Shown here: positions 1-7,168 of the stretch, piece after piece
Layout of the letters: the number at the start of each line of letters is the position of its first letter
Position numbering within the stretch: the stretch's first letter is position 1
Origin: a virus
Length of the DNA: 15,804 nucleotides
Direction: 5' to 3' (one strand)
Virus genome (UHGV): UHGV-0259225
Notes under the pieces: generated by a model
Seen by the model: the letters and a program-made list of their open reading frames with translations, nothing else
What the model was told of the DNA's origin: nothing
Database searches by the model: none
Program-made: the position numbers and the translations under genes

Positions 1-81
1 AAATACTCCCGCTATCAACTGACGGTAGTATAACGGAAGCAAATCATCTGCAATGCATTAAGCAGCAGGCAAATTGAGGAT

Positions 82-108
82 AAAAAAAACCCCCACATCA
101 TGTGGGGG
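82..108 (-). terminator. Rho-independent terminator on minus strand: 8-bp GC stem (90-97 / 101-108, loop tca) followed on the minus strand by U8 (plus-strand A-run 82-89)
   Basis: Read directly: plus strand aaaaaaaa-cccccaca-tca-tgtggggg; the minus-strand RNA would be hairpin + UUUUUUUU. Second terminator downstream of ogr, or belongs to host-side transcript. Confidence 0.6.
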
Positions 109-174
109 AAGACAGGGATGGTGTCACAAAAAAGCACCTAACCTGATGATATAAATGGATTTATATCAACCACT

Positions 175-194
175 GTCCACATAGCGTCCACATC
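175..194. repeat. Direct repeat GTCCACAT x2 (175-183 and 186-194), one helical turn apart; candidate integrase arm-type binding sites of attR
   Basis: Repeat seen in sequence; location (between ogr stop and presumed prophage end) is where the att arm lies in P2-like prophages. Functional assignment is inference. Confidence 0.25.
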
Positions 195-206
195 GACCAT
201 AAATAA

Positions 207-233
207 AGCCCCTCAACTGAGGGGCTATTTTTG
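207..233. terminator. Bidirectional intrinsic terminator immediately 3' of ogr: stem gcccctc/gaggggc (208-214 / 219-225), loop aact, U-rich on both strands
   Basis: Plus strand hairpin followed by tattttt; minus strand hairpin followed by TTTATTTAT. Lies 4 nt downstream of ogr stop codon. Confidence 0.65.
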
Positions 234-236
234 TGA

Positions 237-455
237 TCACATCCACATAATTTGCTGCCCTGACGGCAACGGGTGCGGCCTTACGGCGTGGACTTCTCCC
301 GGCTTCACGATGTATCGCTGTACCGACTCATAAGTGATGAACGTGGCACTGCAATTCACGTTCTGACACTGGTGATAACGCTCTTTTGTCGTGTCAGTGA
401 TATAGCGGCTTGTACGCGCATGTGCGGCATGCTGGCATAAAGGACAATGAAACAT
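237..455 (-). CDS. ogr: Ogr, zinc-finger late-gene transcription activator (72 aa)
   Basis: Translation MFHCPLCQHAAHARTSRYITDTTKERYHQCQNVNCSATFITYESVQRYIVKPGEVHAVRPHPLPSGQQIMWM matches recalled P2 Ogr with C-x2-C...C-x4-C zinc motif. I chose the internal ATG (455) rather than the 93-aa ORF-track start because the extension covers the promoter-like AT-rich region and P2 Ogr is 72 aa. Confidence 0.9.
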   Translation of the reverse strand: MFHCPLCQHAAHARTSRYITDTTKERYHQCQNVNCSATFITYESVQRYIVKPGEVHAVRPHPLPSGQQIMWM

Positions 456-489
456 CGCGAGCACCTCTTCCGGTTTTGTTGATGGTGCC

Positions 490-518
490 ATTTTAGTTAA
501 TTTATCCTTATAAAACAA
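490..518 (-). promoter_or_regulatory. Candidate sigma70 promoter for ogr: -35 TTGTTT (plus-strand 513-518) and -10 TAAAAT (plus-strand 490-495), 17-bp spacer
   Basis: Hexamers read on the minus strand in the D-ogr intergenic region; motif match only, no experimental support. Confidence 0.3.
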
Positions 519-536
519 ACAGATAAAATAAAAACA

Positions 537-1700
537 TCACTCATTATCTTCTGTTTCGTACTCCACATCAGAAAGCCTGACCTCAAGCTCCAAGGACGTC
601 GTGAAGCCGCTATTATTCAGAAAATGTGTCACCTTAGTGATTGTCCAGTCCTGCTCGTCTATGACGCGCTTAAAGCCTGACACTTTAACCGGTGTTTCCG
701 TGTAAATATCTGCCCGACCGGTAGCCAGGCTGATGGAGAACTCCGCTACGCCCCGTTGCAGTTTATCCCACTTCGCCTGAGCGGCGCGCATGGCCTGCGC
801 TTTCGTGGCATATACCGTAGTCAGGGCAAAAACGTTATCAGCCTCACCGGCCATGTATTCACCTTCGCGCGCTTCCGGTACTTTAGGCGCTTTCTTCTGC
901 CTGACCGGTTTCGCTTTCGGGTGCTCCAGTGCGCGCAGGTGTTTTTCTTTCTTTTTGCGTTTCAGTTTTACCTTCTGCTTTTGCGGTTTCGGGTCTTTGG
1001 TGTGTAACCACTTTGCTGTTACGCCGGTATAGGCTCCACGGTCAGCAATCGCAAAATGATGGCGGTCGCCGTCACTGCGGGTGATGGTAATATGCGGGAT
1101 TTTTTTACCGCTGGCCGTCACCCCCTGCCCCGCTTTGAGAAACAACAGTTTTCCCATTTTTACCGACACCTCACCGCCGTTGCGTTCTGCAAGGCGGGTC
1201 AGGAATTTTGCATCAGACTCCTGCGACTGGTCGATGTGCGGAATTTTAATTCCGGCCAGTGACGGCGCGACACTGGCTTCCAGCCTGTTACGGGAGGCTA
1301 TCGCCTCAACAATCGCACCGAGCGTGGTGTCATGCCATGAGCCTTCCCGGCGGGAATTGAGCGTCCCGCGAAAATCTGCACTCCGGGCGCGGATGGTGAC
1401 CACATCCGGTGCGCCCCGGTGTTCAACCTCATCAACGGTAAATTTCCCTTTGCATACCAGGGCAAAACCTTTCCAGCCGATATACACCGTCAGGACAGCG
1501 CCACGAACCGGCAGCCCGACCTGCCCGTCGGCATCGTCCAGTTCAATATCAAGCTGGTCAGCCTCAAAGCCCCGGTTATCCGTCAGGGTCATGCTCATCA
1601 GACGGTCGCTGATATTGCCGGTAATATCCCTGCTGTCGAGCATCAGCATGTAATCCGGCGTCAGCGTACTGCCTGCATCAAATGTCAGTGCATCCAGCAT
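537..1700 (-). CDS. D: Tail protein D (late control gene D), 387 aa
   Basis: ORF length and sequence match recalled P2 gpD; position between U and ogr; start overlaps U stop (ATGA). Confidence 0.9.
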   Translation of the reverse strand: MLDALTFDAGSTLTPDYMLMLDSRDITGNISDRLMSMTLTDNRGFEADQLDIELDDADGQVGLPVRGAVLTVYIGWKGFALVCKGKFTVDEVEHRGAPDVVTIRARSADFRGTLNSRREGSWHDTTLGAIVEAIASRNRLEASVAPSLAGIKIPHIDQSQESDAKFLTRLAERNGGEVSVKMGKLLFLKAGQGVTASGKKIPHITITRSDGDRHHFAIADRGAYTGVTAKWLHTKDPKPQKQKVKLKRKKKEKHLRALEHPKAKPVRQKKAPKVPEAREGEYMAGEADNVFALTTVYATKAQAMRAAQAKWDKLQRGVAEFSISLATGRADIYTETPVKVSGFKRVIDEQDWTITKVTHFLNNSGFTTSLELEVRLSDVEYETEDNE

Positions 1701-2179
1701 TATCCCGCCCCCGTCATACCTGTGAATCTGGTCGCCATACTGCCAGCCTTACCGATGAGCGATTCCGCCTGTTTACCGATATCGCCATAAAGCGCGGCCA
1801 GTGATTCATCAACGCGGGTGAGCGACAGCGTAAAATCAATTTTTCGGGGTGTGCCGTCTGCAAAGAAAATACTCCCTGTTTCACTCACCCTGCTGATGAC
1901 ATACATGCCGTAAATCATGCCGGTGCCATCCAGCAACGGCCACGCCCGACCTTCCTCTGCCATCAGCCTGAGCGTGGTCATCGTCAGCTTTCCGCCGGTC
2001 AGTTCGGGATAAAGCACACCGGCAAGCGTGATGTTATCCTCACCCACACCGAGAAACTGAAAGGCATCCCGTTTACCGATACGGGAATTTGACGGCCAGC
2101 GATAATCTGATTCACGCTGCATGGTCTGGTGTGGCAGCGTCTGGCGCATAAAAACAAACATACCTAACGCGAGCATCAT
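1700..2179 (-). CDS. U: Tail protein U, 159 aa
   Basis: Size and synteny with P2 gpU; GGAGGTGA Shine-Dalgarno upstream of ATG. Confidence 0.9.
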   Translation of the reverse strand: MMLALGMFVFMRQTLPHQTMQRESDYRWPSNSRIGKRDAFQFLGVGEDNITLAGVLYPELTGGKLTMTTLRLMAEEGRAWPLLDGTGMIYGMYVISRVSETGSIFFADGTPRKIDFTLSLTRVDESLAALYGDIGKQAESLIGKAGSMATRFTGMTGAG

Positions 2180-2193
2180 TTTTCGTCACCTCC

Positions 2194-4641
2194 TTAACCG
2201 TCATGCATCATGCTGGCACGGGCGCGCGCACGTTTATCCCGCTCGTATTTTTCGAGCGCATCCTGTAACTGGCGGTCAAGCTGTGTCCCCGGCGCAGTAC
2301 CACCCGTCAGGCTGATGTGATATTCGTTTTTACTCTGGTCTACATAAGAGCGGCCAGCCGGTGCCGTGACCGGCTGATAAGCCTGATAGCCTGCATAAGA
2401 GCTGGTCGCCGGAATATAACCACCGGTGCCATACGTGGCGGCATGAGTTCTGGCGGCGGTCTGGTCAAGTGTGTCTGACTCTTTGTTGATGACCCCGAGC
2501 TTTTCCAGTACCCAGTCAATGCCGCTGCGCAGTTTGTTGAACGCATTAAGCGGCAGCATCAGCGCGTCAGCCAGTGCCTGCCCGAACATGACGCCCGTGT
2601 CACGGCAACGGTTCAGGGTGTCCTGTGTGGCTTTGACCGGGGCAATCAGGTTTTTAAACCACTGCCACGCGGCCTGTAACTTTTCGCCCAGCCAGTCAAA
2701 CACCGGCTTAAGTGGCGTGAACAGTTCCCCCACCGGCGCAAATGCCGCTTTCAGCCCTTCCACCACACCGCCAAAGAATGCGCTGACAGGCTCCCAGTAT
2801 TTACGGATAAGCAACGCCCCGGCGACAATGGCGGCCACCACGGCCACAACCGGCCAGCTAATCGCCCCGATGGCCGTCATAACAGCACTGCCAACCGTCG
2901 TGAAGATTGCCCCCATTGCGCCTGCTGCCGCGATGATGGCATTGATGCCGGTGATAACCGGCCAGGCTACAAGACCAATGGCACCGATGATGCCAGTAAG
3001 CGCCAGCGCGCTACCGACAATGAGGCCGATGGTTGACGCCAGTGATTTGTTTTTCTGGATCCAGCCGTCGAGTTTTAACACATACTTTGTGGCCGTCTGA
3101 GTGAGCTTACGCAGTGCGCCTTCCTGCTGGTCAAACAGGTCAGTCCCCACCGCCTCATAAGCGGACTGAAACTCCTTAAAGTCACCGCCGAGGTTATCCT
3201 GCATGATTTTAACCAGCTCTTCCGTTTTACCGTCCGAGGCTTTCAGCGTGGCGGTCAGCTTATCCAGTTTTCCGCTTGCTGCCGCTGCCAGTAAAACGTT
3301 CGCTGATTTCAGGGCTTCCTCACCAAAAATGGTTTTAAGGTATTCCCCCTTCTGAGACGTTCCCAGCTTGTGTTTATCAAAGCTGGCCTGAATCTCTTTC
3401 AGAATGGTGAACAACGGACGCATATTTCCCTTTTTGTCCGAGGTTTTAACGCCAAGCTCTTTGAGTGCATCCCATGCTTTTCCAGTCGGTGCCTGTAATC
3501 GGGTGACAACGGCACTGCTACCCGTCCCCGCCATTGACCCCCTGATGTTATTGTCATGCAGCACACCTGTCATGGCTGCTGCCTGCTCAAGACTTACACC
3601 TGCCGTCCTCGCAACCGGCCCGAGGTAAGTCAGTGCATCACTGAGTCCCTGAAAATCAGCCGCCGACTTATTCATCGTTGCCGACAACACGTCGCCCACA
3701 TGGCTGACATCATCATTTGACAGTTGAAAGGATGCCTTAGTCCCCAGCAACAGTTGCGCGTTTTCTTCCATCGACCGCTGATTCGCCAGTGCCATATTCA
3801 GCGTGACCGGCGTTGCCGCCTGAATAGCCGCAGCATCTCCACCCGCTTTCGCAATGATAATCTGTGCACCGGCTGCATCATCTGCCGAGGCTGCGGTATT
3901 GTCGCCGAGCTGGCGCGCCTGCTTGCGGAGTGCGGTCATTTCGGCGGAGTCTTTTGCCACTCCTAGCACGGCCTGCAATTCTGAGTTTTTCTGCGCAAAC
4001 TCATAACCGGGCATCAGCAGCTTAACTCCGGCCATCGTTCCCGCCGCCGCAATCCCCACACCGGCAGCGCCTACCGAGGCCATATTTCCGGCCAGTTCCT
4101 TTCCGGCCTGATAACGCTGTTTTACTGCGTTAAGTTTTGCCTGTTGCGCACTGACACGCGCCAGCGCGTCACGCTGACGGTTAAGTTGTGCGGTGGTTTC
4201 ACTGATACGGTTTTTCAGTCCCTGCTCATCATGTGCAAGATTGCGGGTATTAATTCCCACAACGGCCAGTTCCCGTTGCTGGCGTTTAACGGAATCCGTC
4301 AGGCGGTTATATTTCGCCTGTAAGTCCTCCGCCGCACGCTTTGCGGATTCCAGCACTTTCGCCTGAGCACGGGTCGGACGTTCGGTGTTTTTAAACTGTG
4401 TGGCAAGGGCTTCGGCTTCCTGCCGTGCCTTTTCAAGTGCATGACCAGTCACGGCGAGCTGTGCACTGGTCTTGCGGAATCCCTCAATACGGGATGCGTG
4501 ACCGTTCAGCTCGCGCAGTGATTTTTGTGTTTCCCGGATATCCCCCGACAGCGATTTGCTCGCTGTACGGATGGATTTAAACGGGCGGGATGCCTGGTCA
4601 ACAGCCCTGAGCAATACCTGTAATTTTACATTGTTACTCAT
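2194..4641 (-). CDS. T: Tail tape measure protein T, 815 aa
   Basis: 815 aa as in P2 gpT; coiled-coil-rich N-terminal half, Gly/Ala-rich hydrophobic central segment typical of tape measure proteins; start overlaps E' stop. Confidence 0.9.
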   Translation of the reverse strand: MSNNVKLQVLLRAVDQASRPFKSIRTASKSLSGDIRETQKSLRELNGHASRIEGFRKTSAQLAVTGHALEKARQEAEALATQFKNTERPTRAQAKVLESAKRAAEDLQAKYNRLTDSVKRQQRELAVVGINTRNLAHDEQGLKNRISETTAQLNRQRDALARVSAQQAKLNAVKQRYQAGKELAGNMASVGAAGVGIAAAGTMAGVKLLMPGYEFAQKNSELQAVLGVAKDSAEMTALRKQARQLGDNTAASADDAAGAQIIIAKAGGDAAAIQAATPVTLNMALANQRSMEENAQLLLGTKASFQLSNDDVSHVGDVLSATMNKSAADFQGLSDALTYLGPVARTAGVSLEQAAAMTGVLHDNNIRGSMAGTGSSAVVTRLQAPTGKAWDALKELGVKTSDKKGNMRPLFTILKEIQASFDKHKLGTSQKGEYLKTIFGEEALKSANVLLAAAASGKLDKLTATLKASDGKTEELVKIMQDNLGGDFKEFQSAYEAVGTDLFDQQEGALRKLTQTATKYVLKLDGWIQKNKSLASTIGLIVGSALALTGIIGAIGLVAWPVITGINAIIAAAGAMGAIFTTVGSAVMTAIGAISWPVVAVVAAIVAGALLIRKYWEPVSAFFGGVVEGLKAAFAPVGELFTPLKPVFDWLGEKLQAAWQWFKNLIAPVKATQDTLNRCRDTGVMFGQALADALMLPLNAFNKLRSGIDWVLEKLGVINKESDTLDQTAARTHAATYGTGGYIPATSSYAGYQAYQPVTAPAGRSYVDQSKNEYHISLTGGTAPGTQLDRQLQDALEKYERDKRARARASMMHDG

Positions 4642-5061
4642 TCGTGTTTCCGCTTCGCCGGAGCGCCTTTTCGCGCCATGTGATGAGTTCGGTCAGGCTC
4701 ATGGGATACAGTTCTGATGGCGGCCAGTGAAATATCACTGCCACATCTGCCATCAGGTCATCGACCGACAGATTTTTCGGAAACGTCACTGCACCGAGTT
4801 CGGAGACAAAAAACCGACCACCTTACCGGCCAGCGCCACAAGGTCAGGCAGTTCCAGCGCGGCGACCTCCTGCTCGGTCAGCATCGGTGCCGTCATGCGC
4901 GGCAGCACCTTAATCAGTGCATCGACTTCGGAGTTTGCGACCGCAGCCAGACTGACACCGCGCAGCGTCCCGGCATTAGGTTTCATCAGCGTGACCTGTT
5001 CGATAACCTGCTCACCACGCTTGACCGGATTGTCCAGGGTAATCACATTTTCTTTGTTCAT
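4634..5061 (-). CDS. E+E': Tail assembly chaperone fusion E+E' (142 aa) made by programmed -1 ribosomal frameshift at 4807-4813
   Basis: I translated the -1 frame by hand downstream of the slippery heptamer: VSELGAVTFPKNLSVDDLMADVAVIFHWPPSELYPMSLTELITWREKALRRSGNTNE, stop TAA at 4634-4636, 4 nt into T. Total 85 + 57 = 142 aa, as in P2. Confidence 0.85.
4786..5061 (-). CDS. E: Tail assembly chaperone E (91 aa, zero-frame product)
   Basis: 91-aa ORF between FII and T, same size and position as P2 gpE. Confidence 0.9.
   Translation of the reverse strand: MNKENVITLDNPVKRGEQVIEQVTLMKPNAGTLRGVSLAAVANSEVDALIKVLPRMTAPMLTEQEVAALELPDLVALAGKVVGFLSPNSVQ
4807..4813 (-). promoter_or_regulatory. Slippery heptamer T TTT TTG (minus strand) for the E/E' -1 frameshift
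   Basis: Codons GGT TTT TTG in E frame verified by hand; canonical X XXY YYZ site, analogous to lambda G/GT. Confidence 0.8.
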
Positions 5062-5089
5062 GGTTTTCTCACTTCTGAATCGGGGTTAA

Positions 5090-5110
5090 CCGGTCAGCCA
5101 GGCTGACCGG
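5090..5110 (-). promoter_or_regulatory. Perfect inverted repeat (cggtcagcc a ggctgaccg) in the FII-E intergenic spacer; candidate mRNA stem-loop / attenuator
   Basis: Seen in sequence; the minus-strand RNA hairpin is followed by UUAACCCCGAUU (not U-rich), so not a classical terminator. Confidence 0.4.
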
Positions 5111-5117
5111 ATGAAAA

Positions 5118-5636
5118 TCACAGGCCGATATTGCGGCGGTGTTGCTCCAGCCGGTCGACGCCGTTCACCTTCTCAATCATGTTGATGGTGTCGATTTCGA
5201 CCAGCTCCTTACCGTCCATCGTCAGCCGGAAATAGGTGCAGACCACGGAGATTTTCGACTCGGTGTCTTCTCCCTGTTTACCCTCGCCGGTGTCGATTTC
5301 TTTCTGACGTCCACGCATGACCACTTCGACGGCCACCGTTTCGCCGGTATCGTCGCGCTGGTAAGAGCCTGCAAAACGAATCGGCACGGCATCCACACCG
5401 GTTGCGGCGTAAAGCTCCCAGATAACCGAATCCGGGAAGCCACCGAGCGACCACTCCATTGACAGCGCATCGTCATCAAGGCCGAGGTCTACCGGTGCGC
5501 TGCCGTTCATCCCCGCACCGCGATAGTTTTCGAGCTTACGGGTCAGTTTTGGCAGCGTGACGGACTTTGCAACGCCCTGATAGCTGTAGCCGTTCAGAAA
5601 GACGTTCATTAACTTGAGTTTGCGCGGCATTGCCAT
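5118..5636 (-). CDS. FII: Major tail tube protein FII, 172 aa
   Basis: Size and sequence consistent with P2 gpFII; immediately downstream of sheath gene; AAGGAG RBS. Confidence 0.9.
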   Translation of the reverse strand: MAMPRKLKLMNVFLNGYSYQGVAKSVTLPKLTRKLENYRGAGMNGSAPVDLGLDDDALSMEWSLGGFPDSVIWELYAATGVDAVPIRFAGSYQRDDTGETVAVEVVMRGRQKEIDTGEGKQGEDTESKISVVCTYFRLTMDGKELVEIDTINMIEKVNGVDRLEQHRRNIGL

Positions 5637-5648
5637 CGGTCAGGCTCC

Positions 5649-6839
5649 TTAATTGCTGTTAACCGAGGTGACCAGACTTGCCAGGTATCTTGAAGTAATA
5701 CGCTGGCGTAGGGTCAGGTTTTCGAGAGGAGGCACCGGTGTATAGTCGTAGTCGATATACAGTTTTCCGGCCTTGAGGGTTTCCGCATCGTTGGCTTCTT
5801 CACTGAACCAGCATGTGCCATCCACGATATAACCGTTGTTTTTCAGTTCGCGGAATTTGGCATTGATGCCATCAATGATGTCGCGAATCAGCGTTGCGGT
5901 GATGGGCTTATCAATAGCCCACATGTGCGCCTCAGCCATCGTGTCGGCCAGTACCTGCGCGGTACGTGTGTAGCTTTCAAAGAGGAAAAGTGGGTCATCG
6001 GAGCAGGTACGGTTACCCCAGAAACGGAAACCGTCGCGGCGAACCAGCGTTGTGACGCCTGCCTCGTTCAGCAGGTCAGCATCAGTGCCAGACTTCTGCA
6101 AATCCCAGAATACAGATGCGCTGATGCCGGTAACACCGTTTACCCCGACGTTGGACAGCGTTTTATGCCAGCCCTGCTCCTGGTCGATTTTGGCACGCAG
6201 CCCCAGCGCACGGGCGGTGGCATACGCGGTGGCGGTGGTACTGGTGACCGTATCCCATGCAAGGAAATCCGGCCAGATGACCATCAGCTCACGCTGACTG
6301 AAATTCTGACGGTAGGCTTTTGCCTCGGAAATGGTTTTACAGCCCCATGCGCTGATATACCCGAAGGCATTCAGTTCCTGGCATACCGATGCCAGTGCAA
6401 CCGCCACCTCTTTGGTGTCCAGTCCCGGTACGCCGAGAATGCGCGGTTTAACGCCGGTAACCGACTCTGCGCCCATCAGGGCTTTCAGTCCGGTGTACTG
6501 ACCGTTTTCGTCAGTGGTGCCGATGATATTGGAAACGGTCTGCGCGAGTTTCGTTTCTTCGTCGTCGCCGGTGCCGTCTTCCACGCGCACGACAACGGTG
6601 ACCGGTTTTGACTGGTCAGCGATGGCCTGCAACGATGCCGCCAGCGTGCCTTTTTTACCGGCCTTTGCAATCGCGCTCTGCACATTGGTGATCAGCACCG
6701 GTTTATTGACGGGGAAGGTTTCCGCATCCGCATCGCTGGCCGTGCAGACCATGCCAACAATGGCGGTGGATACGGTGGAAATGACGCGGGTGCCGTCGTT
6801 AATCTCCAGCACCTGCACGCCGTGATGATAGTCACTCAT
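5649..6839 (-). CDS. FI: Major tail sheath protein FI, 396 aa
   Basis: 396 aa as P2 gpFI; first gene of the FI-FII-E-T-U-D operon; GGAG RBS 9 nt upstream. Confidence 0.9.
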   Translation of the reverse strand: MSDYHHGVQVLEINDGTRVISTVSTAIVGMVCTASDADAETFPVNKPVLITNVQSAIAKAGKKGTLAASLQAIADQSKPVTVVVRVEDGTGDDEETKLAQTVSNIIGTTDENGQYTGLKALMGAESVTGVKPRILGVPGLDTKEVAVALASVCQELNAFGYISAWGCKTISEAKAYRQNFSQRELMVIWPDFLAWDTVTSTTATAYATARALGLRAKIDQEQGWHKTLSNVGVNGVTGISASVFWDLQKSGTDADLLNEAGVTTLVRRDGFRFWGNRTCSDDPLFLFESYTRTAQVLADTMAEAHMWAIDKPITATLIRDIIDGINAKFRELKNNGYIVDGTCWFSEEANDAETLKAGKLYIDYDYTPVPPLENLTLRQRITSRYLASLVTSVNSN

Positions 6840-6930
6840 CCGTTTAACTCCGTGGTTAATGGGTGCAACTATTTTCTGTTGTGCAGAGCATGAGACGCTA
6901 TTTGACCTGGCTGGTCAGTGGATGAAACAA
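6840..6930 (-). promoter_or_regulatory. Expected location of the Ogr-dependent late promoter P_F; contains partial dyads (TGT-N12-ACG at 6880-6897; TGACC-N5-GGTCA at 6903-6917)
   Basis: Position is by synteny with P2 (P_F precedes FI). P2 late promoters carry a TGT-N12-ACA dyad near -55; only imperfect matches found here. Confidence 0.3.
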
Positions 6931-6963
6931 CAGATAAAGAAAAGGCGGGCAATTCGCCCGCCT
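6931..6963 (-). terminator. Rho-independent terminator on minus strand: stem aggcgggc/gcccgcct (6943-6950 / 6956-6963), loop aattc, followed on the minus strand by UUUUCUUUAUCUGUUGUUU
   Basis: Read directly. Ends the G/cargo transcript and insulates it from the FI operon. Confidence 0.7.
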
Positions 6964-7060
6964 GTCCTGATTTGAACTCACTCATTTTCCGACTGACAAT
7001 TTACATAGCCCAAAAGTTATCAAATCTGACGGTCTGCTTTGAACAAGAAGCGGACATTTG

Positions 7061-7087
7061 CCTGTCAGGGTATATGCCGCTCTGCGG
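7061..7087. repeat. Left copy of an imperfect inverted repeat flanking the cargo cassette (CCTGTCAGG-gtatat-GCCGCTCTG)
   Basis: Partner at 7911-7928 reads CAGAGCGG-CCTGTCAG on the plus strand, i.e. the reverse complement with a 6-7 nt deletion and one mismatch. Confidence 0.35.
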
Positions 7088-7168
7088 TTATTATCCAGAA
7101 TCAATAATTCATCTGAGTTGGATTACATATAAAACATAGTTACCCCATGAATAACCATTAGCAGATTA

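Noticed and set aside
237-518. 93-aa ORF-track version of ogr starting MFYKDKLTKM...
   Set aside because: The 21-codon N-terminal extension runs through the AT-rich promoter-like region; Ogr is a 72-aa protein beginning MFHCPLCQ, so the internal ATG at 455 is the start.
756-1790. Plus-strand ORFs (756..1007, 790..1032, 1056..1262, 1081..1653, 1419..1790) inside gene D
   Set aside because: Antisense shadow ORFs within a well-supported minus-strand gene; Arg/Ser/Pro/Cys-rich low-complexity translations typical of reverse-frame artefacts.
2121-4580. Plus-strand and alternative-frame ORFs (2121..2315, 2340..2546, 2471..3100, 3404..3628, 3724..3966, 4398..4580) inside or overlapping T
   Set aside because: All lie within the 815-aa tape measure gene, which matches P2 gpT in size; no independent start signals.
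4717-5106. Plus-strand ORFs 4717..5106 and 4727..5089 opposite E
   Set aside because: Antisense to E and the E' extension, which are confirmed by the frameshift geometry.
5139-6825. ORFs 5139..5462(+), 5222..5479(-), 5925..6611(+), 6052..6297(+), 6485..6685(-), 6514..6825(+) within FII/FI
   Set aside because: Overlap the tube and sheath genes in other frames or on the opposite strand; no support beyond being open frames in GC-rich DNA.
6918-7139. 73-aa plus-strand ORF in the FI-cargo intergenic region
   Set aside because: Runs against the uniform transcription direction, spans the 6931-6963 terminator hairpin, and has no obvious RBS; kept only as a caveat in the findings.
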